Source: Nemertoderma westbladi
Taxonomy: Eukaryota > Animalia > Xenacoelomorpha
Assembly: GCA_032718475.1 (NCBI GenBank)
Contig: JAUCBJ010007234.1
Coordinates: 26,099 to 90,098 of the forward strand
Direction: 5' to 3'
Length of the DNA stretch: 64,000 bases
The notes under the pieces were generated by a model that saw only the letters and a program-made list of their open reading frames with translations, made no database searches and was not told where the DNA came from. This document shows positions 48,201-57,906 of this stretch, piece by piece. Made by a program: the position numbers and the translations under genes. The first letter of the stretch is position 1. Each line of letters begins with the position of its first letter.

Positions 48201-51200
48201 GTGGAGTTACCGGTCGACGAGCCGAACACGGACAGGACATACTACCTGCCACTCCACGTAGCTTTAGACCCAAAGAAAGGTAAACTTAGGATGGTAGTCG
48301 ATGCATCGGCAAAGACCGACGGAAAGTGCTTAAACGACTACCTACTAGAGGGCCCAAACATATACAATTCGGGCATAGAAGTACTACTTAGATTTAGGAA
48401 TGGGAAACACGCCTTCACGTGTGACATAGAAGGCATGTTCAACCAAGTCCGTGTAACAGAGGAAGATAGCGACAGTCAACGCTTCTTATGGTATAACGGC
48501 GAGGAAGAACCGCCTATAGTACCGGCATATAAGATGGTAGTACAAAACATGGGGGCCAAGTCGTCCTCATTTACGACGACTATGGCAGTGAGAGACACGG
48601 TGAAGGGGAAGGAAGATAGATACAGCAGTAGGGCCGTCGATATGATCCGACGCGGCTTCTACGTAGACGACGGTATGGAGTCTGGAAATACGGTTGAGGA
48701 GATACTGGAAACAGGGCGCGAGGTTCGCGACATCCTGAAAGGATCCGGCTTCAACCTGACCAAATTCCAATCCAGTTCAGAAGAATTTATCAAGGCAATA
48801 GAGGACAAGAAACCAGAATCGACCATGGACAACCCTACAACAGCCAAAGGACAGGACATGGCGAATAAGAGAACACAATCTCAGCAAAAGGCATTGGGAA
48901 TCGTGTGGGATAGAGGAACAGACGAACTGAAGTATCAGCTGAGCCAGGAGGGCGCAGACACCCATACGAAGAGGGGTTATGTATCGTATATAGCAAGGAT
49001 ATACGATCCCCTAGGCCTAGCATCCCCATTACTAGTCACGGGGAAACAGATACTCAAGAGAGTATTTAAATTGAAGGATGAGTGGGACGTAGAGGTACCA
49101 GAGGACATCAAGAAACAGTGGAGCAAATGGACAGGAGACTTGGAGAGGATGGGAACATACAACATGCCGCGAGCGTATTTCCCGGACGGGAACATGACGA
49201 ATCTGGACCTACATATGTTCTCCGACGCGTCGTTAGAGGCATACGGGGCGGCACTCTATTTAGTACAACGAGAGGGGCCTCACAAGCCCAGACTAGCCTT
49301 TAGCAAAGCTAAGTCAACGCCGCCAGATTCAGCATCTGTTCCCAAGTTAGAATTGACAGCTGCGAGACTAGGAGTTAGAGCCACAGCCTACCTAGTGGAT
49401 ACAATTCCCAACATAGTGGAGACACACTACTGGACGGACTCCATGGTAGTGCTTGGTTGGCTACACAACGAAAAGACGAGGTACCCGATATTCGTCGCGA
49501 ATAGAGTGGACGAAATAAGGGCGAGCACAGAACTGGAAAGGTGGCACTACTGCCCAACAGACGAGAACCCAGCGGACCTGCTGTCGAGGGGCGTGGAACG
49601 CCACACTTTCTTAAAGAAGGAAGTATTGTGGCAGCATGGGCCACAATTTCTGAGCGATAGAGAGGCCTGGCCGCCGATGAGGAAGGTGGACCCGGGCTCG
49701 GAACCAATATCAGAAGGAGAGGGAGATTCAGAGGGAGAAGAGATATACTCCCAGATGGTGAGGGAGATTAGGGACGTGCAACCAGGAAGGGAACTGTGCG
49801 ACAACCCGACGGATAAACTCCTCAGCTACAGTTCCAGTTGGTATAAGACCAAGAAACTAGTGGCGTACTGGAGAGCCTTTGGGAATTTCCTTGCGGGAGT
49901 CGGCAAGGACAAGAAGACCAGGATAACCATAGATCTGGAAGGAGCGGCCAAGGCAGTGATCCGCTATGAACAACGCAAGAACTACGGCGACGAGGTGGAA
50001 CGTGTCGGTAACCAACAGCACCTCCGACGGGATAGCGAGTTGATCACGCTGTCGCCACAACTCAACGAGGACGGGATTCTAGTAATGAATTCTAGGGTGG
50101 GATATAACAACAGTATAGTCGTGCCACCGAAACCCATCATCATTCCCACAGGATCGCCTATAGTCCACCAGATCATATGGGACTCCCACAAATCGATACT
50201 GCATGGGGGCACCAACCGAACCCTCACAGAGATAAGGAGGACCTATTGGGTCAAACAACTAAGGAAGAAGGTTAAAGCGGTAGTGGGGCAGTGCCAGACC
50301 TGCCGACGAGCGAAGAAGGAACGAGCCGTACAGGAGATGGCGCCACTACCGGCGAGTAGGGTAAGACAGCACGACCCGCCATTTACGCATTGCGGTGTGG
50401 ACATGTTCGGGCCGATAAAGATCAAGGTGATGCGACACACGGAGAAACGCTATGGTATTATCTCCGTATGCAACAATACGCGGGCGGTAGGGATAGAACT
50501 CGCCCAAGATGCAACCGCATCAGCATTCATTAACGCCCTAGAAAGGTTTAGGGACCGCAAAGGTGGGACGATCGCAGTGATATACAGCGACAACGGCACC
50601 AACTTTGTGGGCGCAGAGAGTGAGATGACAGAGGCCTTAGACATCTTGGAGGGAGAAGAAGTCAGGGCGGCCATGAGAAGACGACAAGTGAAGTGGGAGA
50701 GAAGGACGCCGTATGCACCACATACATTAGGATGCGTCGAGAGACTCGTGGGCAGTTCAAAACGTCTAATGACGAAGCTAATGAACACCAACATGGTCAC
50801 TGAGGACGTTTTACGGACAGTACTTGCGAAGTGCGAGGGGATCATTAATAGCAGACCGCTATATCCGGAGAATGATGACCCTGAGTCGTTAGACGTGCTG
50901 ACGCCTAGCCATTTCCTGATGGAAAGGCCAGCGACCATCGATATGCGGGGTGTAGACCCAGATGACATACACTCCCGCCAAAGTTGGAAAGTCGCTAAAG
51001 CAATAAGCGCAGAGTATTGGAGGAGGTGGGTCGAGGAATACCTACCCACGCTCCATAAGCGAAGCAAGTGGAGGAAGCCGAACAGGGAGTTAAGAGAGGG
51101 AGATCTCGTAATCGTTACGGATGATACTATCATCAACAACCAGTGGCGGTTGGCGAGAGTTGTACGCACTTACTCCGATGAGGACGGAAGAGTCCGATCG

Positions 51201-51296
51201 GTAGAAGTGCGAATAGGTGGGAAGATAGGTGCGAAGGACAGAAAAACCTACAGGAGAGCGGTAGGCAAATGCTGTCTCCTAGAAGGGGCACCTTAG
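45204..51296 (+). CDS. BEL/Pao Gag-Pol polyprotein (Gag, knuckles, protease, RT, RNase H, integrase)
   Basis: KFDGSRPEEY; CSRCVKSGHKAREC; LVDSGAAFTL; YYLPLH..KLRMVVDAS; DIEGMF; FYVDD; LHMFSDAS; HYWTDS; CPTDENPADLLSRG; H-H-CQTC; VDMFGP; YSDNGTNF; GCVERL; LTPSHFL; YWRRWVEEYL. Confidence 0.96.
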   Translation: MRPSRERQVDVARGRTKRRARSEEGRKTVGFNREVDERSHEREYSTDRRRKEDSSRSIAANDRRARTDSEPSVVEMRTESQWGRTPGDCRRPGEMRSGEMHYTPREGYTMYRYEDEDRREGGRRETFRRNIPADREYGSRGEDYSRRINFDPERHMQTVGHTVGLTAHTIGHIERGYVSDRIARTTELSPEVAEYIPASRPEADRPIPVPAQQYDYSMQGHNIYPGEGGIIADRCMGPNILTSTPLPNIPVGGGGQGDIPPSQYQQYTPMVARTTRPLDENRSCDTDIWRGPLPPMTYPSQRKSRNRTDGTHQAGETIQHPSNPLEAQAIGMATLIDALKTRIELPPVEPFKFDGSRPEEYLQFRRMYSNEILTKNLMQAECLKYLQVYTGGPAYDIVRQYQGIEGGFTTAWRALDREYGHPAKIIRQTLRGITSGGLQDNPVSIKTFANKVEKALIVLKTLDAPYELNASNNITTIAQALPNWLRNKWRKIAFSTRDKKGAEPGLEEMSNFLNYEAELITDPVYSEDSLGKGPKTDHYRPKPEHNTSNALPRLRQSLPYTATQGTASPQANEDKTTSWNGQGNNNNMNKHNPSTSSRPNPVNKNSRDFGTNITAIRNALYKEGYDPKSKCQLHANALHKTMNCRYWQALPRQDQIDYASSNKFCSRCVKSGHKARECQEKPVKFGQRRGQTMATSTVGAKKRGTVLLGVVPVRVIGEGNRSVTTLMLVDSGAAFTLVEEWVAEEIGLRTRPSRMAVTTISSKDEILEMRTGRCAIAAVAPGCDYGATIDPIQVIESININARRPTNIEVEQYKFLDDIDFSIPDVDVRKVSIIVGMDCPTAHERMQTVFGEDKQSDPVAILTPFGWTLSGPIKSKIPFRMSETSGCMFAGTMQEMGDEGAEEQLKRLLRQDFEGLKETGVGTSVEDKQALQSVEESMTCDEGRYTIGMVWKLPKIPLPDNRGMVITRLRKLKQTLKRSPEKNEYIHKTIKKYVEKGWAVELPVDEPNTDRTYYLPLHVALDPKKGKLRMVVDASAKTDGKCLNDYLLEGPNIYNSGIEVLLRFRNGKHAFTCDIEGMFNQVRVTEEDSDSQRFLWYNGEEEPPIVPAYKMVVQNMGAKSSSFTTTMAVRDTVKGKEDRYSSRAVDMIRRGFYVDDGMESGNTVEEILETGREVRDILKGSGFNLTKFQSSSEEFIKAIEDKKPESTMDNPTTAKGQDMANKRTQSQQKALGIVWDRGTDELKYQLSQEGADTHTKRGYVSYIARIYDPLGLASPLLVTGKQILKRVFKLKDEWDVEVPEDIKKQWSKWTGDLERMGTYNMPRAYFPDGNMTNLDLHMFSDASLEAYGAALYLVQREGPHKPRLAFSKAKSTPPDSASVPKLELTAARLGVRATAYLVDTIPNIVETHYWTDSMVVLGWLHNEKTRYPIFVANRVDEIRASTELERWHYCPTDENPADLLSRGVERHTFLKKEVLWQHGPQFLSDREAWPPMRKVDPGSEPISEGEGDSEGEEIYSQMVREIRDVQPGRELCDNPTDKLLSYSSSWYKTKKLVAYWRAFGNFLAGVGKDKKTRITIDLEGAAKAVIRYEQRKNYGDEVERVGNQQHLRRDSELITLSPQLNEDGILVMNSRVGYNNSIVVPPKPIIIPTGSPIVHQIIWDSHKSILHGGTNRTLTEIRRTYWVKQLRKKVKAVVGQCQTCRRAKKERAVQEMAPLPASRVRQHDPPFTHCGVDMFGPIKIKVMRHTEKRYGIISVCNNTRAVGIELAQDATASAFINALERFRDRKGGTIAVIYSDNGTNFVGAESEMTEALDILEGEEVRAAMRRRQVKWERRTPYAPHTLGCVERLVGSSKRLMTKLMNTNMVTEDVLRTVLAKCEGIINSRPLYPENDDPESLDVLTPSHFLMERPATIDMRGVDPDDIHSRQSWKVAKAISAEYWRRWVEEYLPTLHKRSKWRKPNRELREGDLVIVTDDTIINNQWRLARVVRTYSDEDGRVRSVEVRIGGKIGAKDRKTYRRAVGKCCLLEGAP

Positions 51297-51404
51297 AGTG
51301 GAGTTAGAGTGGAGTTTAGTCGTCCAAGTTTTGGACTGAAGGGGGGTGGGATTGAGGGCGAGACGCCCTTCCCACACAAATAAAATAAAAATAAAATAAA
51401 AAAT

Positions 51405-52055
51405 AGTTAGTTAGTTAGTAGGTACGTAGTGCCTAGAGTTAGTTAGTTAGTAGGTACGTAGTACCTAGAGTTAGTTAGTTAGTTAGTAGGTACGTAGTGC
51501 CTAGAGTTAGAGAGTTAGTAGGTACGTAGTACCTAGAGTTAGTTAGTTAGTAGGTACGTAGTGCCTAGAGTTAGAGAGTTAGTAGGTACGTAGTACCTAG
51601 AGTTAGTTAGTTAGTAGGTACGTAGTGCCTAGAGTTAGAGAGTTAGTAGGTACGTAGTACCTAGAGTTAGTTAGTTAGTAGGTACATAGTGCCTAGAGGG
51701 TTAGTAGGTACGTAGTACCTAGAGTTAGTTAGTTAGTAGGTACGTAGTACCTAGAGTTAGAGAGTTAGTAGGTACGTAGTACCTAGAGTTAGTTAGTTAG
51801 TAGGTACGTAGTACCTAGAGTTAGAGAGTTAGTAGGTACGTAGTACCTAGAGTTAGAGGGTACGTAGTACCGCTAGTTAGAGTTAGAGTTAGAGGGTACG
51901 TAGTACCACCAGTTAGAGTTAGAGTTAGAGGGTATGTGGTACCGCTAGTTAGAGTTAGAGTTAGAGGGTACGTAGTACCGCTAGTTAGAGTTAGAGTTAG
52001 AGGGTACGTAGTACCGTTAGTTAGAGTTAGAGGGTACGTAGTACCATTAGTTAGA
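51405..52055. repeat. Minisatellite between pol and ORF3 (agttagtaggtacgtagtacctag variants)
   Basis: Seen directly; units of ~30-39 bp. Confidence 0.95.
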
Positions 52056-52539
52056 AGAGAGAGAGTAAGAGGTAAAAGGGGTAAATAGGATATAGATATT
52101 AGTTAGCAGTAAGTAGAGTTAGTAGCGAGAGGGGGGCATATGAGTACAGCTGGGTAAATCGTGTGGCCACACGACGTATACTGCTGTACTGCATAGGCCC
52201 ACAAAGTAGGCCAGAATATGGATTAGAGAATAGAATAATCCATAGGCAGTAATAGGTAGTAGGACAGTAGAATTAAAATAAATAGAATAGGGCTGAAAGT
52301 TAGAAATAGTGGCAACACAAGGGAAGTCGTTCTAGAACATAATAAAAGTAACGGACAGAAATTGTAAATTAGGCTCATTTACTAGCTTCAAAATTAATTA
52401 GGTTAAATTTAGGCTAAAAGGCGCAATTAAGTAGAAAGTAGGCCATTATCGAACCGTACGAAACATCTTAATACATCACTCATCTGTATTGCGCCTTGGT
52501 AAGGCACCACCCTGCAGGTGAGCGAGTGTAGTGTTCGGA

Positions 52540-55089
52540 ATGGCGAGTAAGTTGATCAGGAAGAGGAAGGCGGAGTCAGGAGGAAAAGAAATACTGGTGG
52601 ATTTCACCGAAAGACACCTGGAAGAGAAGACGAGAGGATACTACGAGAAGTTGGAAAGGGGTCACGCGGCACGAGCGCTGCAGGACCACTTCCGGGAGAT
52701 GCACGAGCAGCGGCTGGTCGGGACCTACGGAACGCCGTCGCTGGACAACGCGATCTTCCAACACTTCCACTACGTGGTGAAAGGGGACGAGGCGAAGTTC
52801 GGGATTCCGAAGTATCCGAGGGAATCACCGAGGAAGGACTGGAAGAGGTTCATAGAGTCCGTCAACAGGGGAGGATATATGATCCTAGATGACGAGGGAA
52901 CCGTGGAAGACGAGGCGGGTTCGAGACGAGGATCAGCGGGGTCGGCCAGGACCATACTCCTACATTTGGCCGCGCCAAATGGGGATATCTTCCTATTCGA
53001 TTTAGGGACGTATGGGAAGAAGGACGGGCCGAAACTGAGCCGGTTACCGAAAGCGGTACAAGTCTTGGTAAGAGAGAAGTCGACGACGAAAGTGGGATCG
53101 GCGATTCGCGAGGATGCGGAAAGGATCATCGGTCCGGACGCCACCAACCTCCTGGATATGCAGAAGGTCTTTATGGCTATGACGGCACCGGATGGGTTGG
53201 GGCTAGTCGAAAACACAGGTCTATGCGGGGCAGTGGCAATGGGCCAACTATTGGGGCTCGTATGTCACAAACCGATGGACTGGGGGAAGTTTAGGGAAGA
53301 ATACGGAGCAGAACTAGCGAACTCGCTAAAGTGGGGAGCGAGACCGGGAAAGCAGGAGGCATATCAATTTCGCAGAGGAGCGATAAAGGTATATCAGAAG
53401 CGATATATCTTGCAGGAAGACTGGATTATGATAAGTTTGCTTAACTTATTTATGACCGTAGTCATCGAGAGGGAACCAGGAGCATTTCTGTTATCGGGAT
53501 CACCCCTAAGCTACAGGAGAGCCTTTAAAGTGGCCTTTGACGGTCTGGTAGACCACCCGGGGCTGAAGGGCGAGTCGGTGTACTACAACAGCCGACATCT
53601 GGTAGACGGGGAGACAGATACACCGTATCAGAGATGGGAGCAGCTAGAGGCGGACAGACGAGAAGCAAAGCGACTGGAAGAAGTCGCTAGACGGGAGAGG
53701 ATAGAAGCAGAGGAGAGGATAGAGGAGGCCAGGGCACAGAGTTACGGCTTCGAGGAACAGGCGGGCCTAGACGAACTTCATTGGACTTCGTCAGGGAGTT
53801 CGGGGGAGTCTCTAGGGCGAGAATTGGGATGGATGGTGGGATCGCCGAAACAGTCGACGTCGGGGTTGCAAACGATGCCCATACCAGCGGGCGCCGAGGG
53901 CGACCAACTGCCAAGGAAGCTAATGGAGCTAGAGGGATGGAGAGCTACGGGCGAGAGCCAAGGCGGGAAGGGACATAGTGGATCCATCGGGATACCGGGA
54001 TTAGAGACACTACCAGAAGAGGAGGACGACGACGACGAGTTCGGAGAGATGCCGCCCATCGAGAGGATAGGCCACTCGGACACGGACTGGGTTGGCGGAA
54101 GGGTGGTGACGGCCAGTGGGGCGAGGGCCTTCTGGAACAGATCCGGCAAGCGGACCTGGGTGCACGAGGAGCCGGCGGTGGATTTCGCGGGGAGCACCAT
54201 CAGGTTGGGCGAGCAACCGGGGACGGCACCACGGATAGTATTCGGGGAGACGATGCCCGAGAGGGGCGGAGAGATCGGCGTAAACAGGGAGACCAACGTA
54301 GAGAAGTTCGCCTACCAGCGACTCCACAGACCGCGGAGATCGCTTGGGACGAAAGACGAGGTGGGACGGGAGACATTGGTACTCGGCTGCGACTACTGTG
54401 GGAGACGGACCCATCGGGAGGGCAGCTGCCTATACCGGTTCCAAAAGGGAACCTTTTGTCTCTACTGCAGAGAACCAAGTCACAGGATGGGGGCGTGTCC
54501 ACGGTTGCATAACCGATGTCCAAAGTGCCACTTTCGGGGACACTACGGGCGCGAGTGCGACTGGATGAGCGACGAGGAGAAGTTCACAAGATTCGAGGAG
54601 TGGGCCGACGTCGGGGCCATGACGCGCCAGTGCATGAAGGCCCAAGAGTTCAAGTGGGGTTTCTTCCTTATAAACCAGGAGACCCACATGGAAATCATAA
54701 AGCGAAGGTTACCGTTTACCTATCAAGAGGTAGCAACGGCGGCGTCGTACGCTGGAGTGATGAACACGCAAAGGTATCTGGACAGGTGGACGCCAGAGAA
54801 CCGAAGGGAGTTTAGGGATTTCTTGGCGGAGCACGTACCAAAGGCAATGAAAATTATCCTATGGGACGCCACTAGAGGGAGACAACCGGGCCATTCTGAG
54901 GGGCCACCGGCGAAGCGATATCGGGCACTAATAATACCAGCGCCCAAGGAGCCAACGACCGGGATTAGCAAGGAAGTGGCGGCGAAGGTCCGAAAGCAGA
55001 AAGCGGATGATGCCAGAGGAACGGTGATAACCAAGAAACGGCCCAGGGAAGAGGATGCCAGGGGGAACTACCCCCGGAGGAACAGATAG
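52540..55089 (+). CDS. BEL B accessory ORF3: DEDDy (WRN/EXD2/RNase D-like) 3'-5' exonuclease domain plus three CCHC zinc knuckles
   Basis: ExoI MILDDEG; LLHLAAPNGDIFLFDL; ExoII LVREKSTTKVGSAIREDAERI; NLLDM; ExoIII-like YQKRYILQED; knuckles CDYCGRRTHREGSC, CLYCREPSHRMGAC, CPKCHFRGHYGREC. ~850 aa, intact, inside the LTRs. Confidence 0.75.
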   Translation: MASKLIRKRKAESGGKEILVDFTERHLEEKTRGYYEKLERGHAARALQDHFREMHEQRLVGTYGTPSLDNAIFQHFHYVVKGDEAKFGIPKYPRESPRKDWKRFIESVNRGGYMILDDEGTVEDEAGSRRGSAGSARTILLHLAAPNGDIFLFDLGTYGKKDGPKLSRLPKAVQVLVREKSTTKVGSAIREDAERIIGPDATNLLDMQKVFMAMTAPDGLGLVENTGLCGAVAMGQLLGLVCHKPMDWGKFREEYGAELANSLKWGARPGKQEAYQFRRGAIKVYQKRYILQEDWIMISLLNLFMTVVIEREPGAFLLSGSPLSYRRAFKVAFDGLVDHPGLKGESVYYNSRHLVDGETDTPYQRWEQLEADRREAKRLEEVARRERIEAEERIEEARAQSYGFEEQAGLDELHWTSSGSSGESLGRELGWMVGSPKQSTSGLQTMPIPAGAEGDQLPRKLMELEGWRATGESQGGKGHSGSIGIPGLETLPEEEDDDDEFGEMPPIERIGHSDTDWVGGRVVTASGARAFWNRSGKRTWVHEEPAVDFAGSTIRLGEQPGTAPRIVFGETMPERGGEIGVNRETNVEKFAYQRLHRPRRSLGTKDEVGRETLVLGCDYCGRRTHREGSCLYRFQKGTFCLYCREPSHRMGACPRLHNRCPKCHFRGHYGRECDWMSDEEKFTRFEEWADVGAMTRQCMKAQEFKWGFFLINQETHMEIIKRRLPFTYQEVATAASYAGVMNTQRYLDRWTPENRREFRDFLAEHVPKAMKIILWDATRGRQPGHSEGPPAKRYRALIIPAPKEPTTGISKEVAAKVRKQKADDARGTVITKKRPREEDARGNYPRRNR

Positions 55090-55804
55090 GTTCCCAGAGT
55101 CGAGGGAGAGAGACTGGGACTTAGACGTGGTACGCCTGGCAGGCGCCGCGCGGGATGTACGAACTATTAAGTACAAATTCAATTAATGCAAATAATCATA
55201 TAAGTGCAATTTGTATGTACGTACGTAGTAATTAGTAATCTAGTAAAATACATACGTTTGGAGTAAGTACTATAGTCATACAACCTTTCTCAATTAGCTA
55301 CTGGGACTGGGGGATAACTGACTATGGCACTATGGACGAGACAACTGACAATTTCACGCTTCTTGAGTGCGACGGCACGAGAGGGGGGGGGAGGTTCGTC
55401 AGGAGAGATAAAAATAGTCAAAGTGGAGTTGAGGATCGGAGTAAGAGTGCGAAGTGCCAAGAGAGTGCGAACGCAATTCTAGTGTGGGGGGGGGAGAATA
55501 AGAGGCTGAGTGAGGGACGAGGAGGTCCGGGGGTATGAGAGAGTTAGGGTGAGAGTGGAGGGGAGATAGGGCGAAAGTGTTGGGGAAACAAAAGTCGCGT
55601 GAAGAGGTGAGCGCGATCGGCCCGACATGAGACGCCAGGTACACAGGGTAGCGTTATCATACCCATAAGGGGCGGTCTGGAAAGCCGGCTCCTAGAGAAA
55701 AGAATTCCACCCCACACCCGATACTAGATCGGGATCCAGCGGGATTGTAACGCACTTTTTTGGTTGATGCTATCTTCTTACCGGGAAGATAGCATGGGGG
55801 GGAG

Positions 55805-56345
55805 TGTTAGCTTATTCAATCCCGCCAACACCCCATAAAGTTATAAGCCGATAAGCAATATTGGGAGCCACGAGATTGGGTGATAACCAATTCGTGCCAT
55901 CCCAATGAGAATGGGAAGGAGAACCACACCACAAGGGTCAGGGGCCAAACCCCTAACCCAGAGGAAATAGGTGGAGTGAACGGGAACACTTCAGAGGGCG
56001 CCAACAAGGGTATTAGCCAATCAGAGGGGGGAAAGGCATCGATTGAGTAGCAATAAGGCCACCGTGCAATATAACCAATAACCTATTAATCAGTGATTCA
56101 GTTATCTCAGTGCAGCAGTGCTAGCGTAGGTTGGTAGTCAATTAGTTTAGTTAGGGGATCACGGGACTTTAGTTACCGTATCCCGCCTTGTACACATTAT
56201 ATCTATATCTATATCCTATGCCCTATTATTATTATACACCGAACTTCAGAACTCAGTTACTTTCTTTCATCCTTATACACGGCGGGGACGCGTGGACTAA
56301 ATTACCACACCGGATAAATCGGGATCCCTCCTGGATCCCGTCACA
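55805..56345 (+). repeat. 3' LTR of BEL element B
   Basis: Follows the PPT; ends gtcaca. Confidence 0.95.
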
Positions 56346-57728
56346 ACCGCCTTGCTTGTTATCAAGGGGTTCGAGTCAAGTTGAGAAGCTACCATCTGAA
56401 AAAAGAACTCACATTAGCTTTAGCAATTTAGACAGAACATTACCAGCATTGTTTGTAATATATTTTGACATAGAATCTATTTTGGAGCCAGTCTGCAACA
56501 GTAAATTTAGTCAGAAGCATATTCCGTGCGCCGTAAGTTATTTAGTTGTCCCTAGTAGTGAATTAATCTATCCACCAAAATTTTATTTGCAAAATGATGG
56601 TTGATGACAGATGATGACGGATGATAATAACTGTATTCAAGACTTTTCAGACTCTCTACATAATGATATTATCCAATTATATAAGTGGTCAGAAGCTCAT
56701 AGACATGAAAAAATGATACTAAATGATCTAGATGAGTTAAGTTTTGGGAAGACTAAAACTTGTTTTTATTGCGATGTTTCATTTAAGGATAAGTCTGAGA
56801 AAAACAAACATCACTCACATATTACTGGTAACTATATAGCAGCCACTTGTAACGCATGTAACCACTCTTTATCATTGAAACGTCACATGTATATACTCGC
56901 CGCACATAACTACAATCACTACACTACGATTTGCATTTTCTTTTGCAAGTTGGGTTTTGTAATAACAAATATTCCGATTGGGATATAAAGGTAATCCCTA
57001 AAAATACAGAGAGGTGTATTTCACTGAGTATTCATATACCGGTGAAAGACCAAAAAACGAAAATCGAGTTATGTGTCTTAGACATATATCAATTTTTAAC
57101 CTTTTCTTTAAGTAACTTAGTTGATTGTTCAACAAAAGATATAGACAATGAGGATATAACATCAGTTCTACCAATTACTGTACAGCAAATTAAATATTTT
57201 TATCCGAATTTAAATAATGCAACAATTAAACAAAAAGGTATATTTCCCTACGAGTACCTGACAGATTTAAATAAATTAAACAATTCGAAATTACCATCGA
57301 TAGACAAATTTTTTAGTAACTTAACACAAAGTACCTGTACACCCGAGGATTATAGTTTTGCTAACACATCATGGAGTCAATTTGACTGCTCGAATCTTAA
57401 GGATTATCTTTTAGCATACTTAAAACTCGATGTTTGTCTCCTCGCTGATATATTTGAGAACTTTAGGAGAGTATGTAGACAAAACTATGAATTAGAAGTA
57501 GTTTACTATTGCAGTATCGCAGCATTCACTTATGATTGCGCCCTGAAATATAATAGATGTAAACTAAAATTAATAAAAGATTACCAAGCTTACAGAGATT
57601 TTGAAGCATCCATTAGAGGTGGGGTTTCATTCTGTCGAAAGCATTACATAGAATCAAATATACCAGATAGTGATATTTATGATCCGAGTAAGGAAGAGTG
57701 TCATATTTTCAATGTAGATATATTGTAA
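56346..57728 (+). pseudogene. Protein-primed DNA polymerase B, fragmented and truncated at both ends
   Basis: VIYFDIESIL; CFYC..HHSHITGNYIAATCNACN; AHN; KQKGIFPYEY; DYLLAYLKLDVCLLADIFENFR; IRGGVS. Confidence 0.9.
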
Positions 57729-57754
57729 TATAGTTGATATATTCCCAATTTGTC

Positions 57755-57847
57755 CATCGATTTTGGAGCTTAAACACCAAGTTGGGTATTTAATATTCTA
57801 ACTTCATCGATTTTGGAGCTTAAACACCAAGTTGGGTATTTAATATA
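57755..57847. repeat. Direct repeat (~42 bp, 51-bp period) at the junction of convergent Polinton genes
   Basis: catcgattttggagcttaaacaccaagttgggtatttaatat occurs twice. Confidence 0.85.
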
Positions 57848-57906
57848 TTTTATTTATAATAAATTTAAAAAATTATTTATAAAAATATTATAATTTAATA
57901 ATATAC

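Larger units (their letters stand above)
42143..56345 (+). mobile_element. Full-length BEL/Pao LTR retrotransposon (element B) with additional 3' ORF
   Basis: ~540-bp TG..CA LTRs 42143-42682 and 55805-56345; PPT gggggggag 55796-55804; full gag-PR-RT-RH-IN. No matching TSD. Confidence 0.93.

Noticed and set aside
52531-55089. ORF3 as an envelope gene
   Set aside because: No evident signal peptide or C-terminal transmembrane anchor; exonuclease and zinc-knuckle motifs are present instead.
42590-55182. Many short antisense and alternative-frame ORFs over BEL B
   Set aside because: Expected shadows of purine-rich long ORFs; no motifs.
55728-55750. DIRS-type internal complementary region
   Set aside because: The element has direct LTRs, a DDE integrase and a PPT, and no tyrosine recombinase; the match is only ~10 nt.
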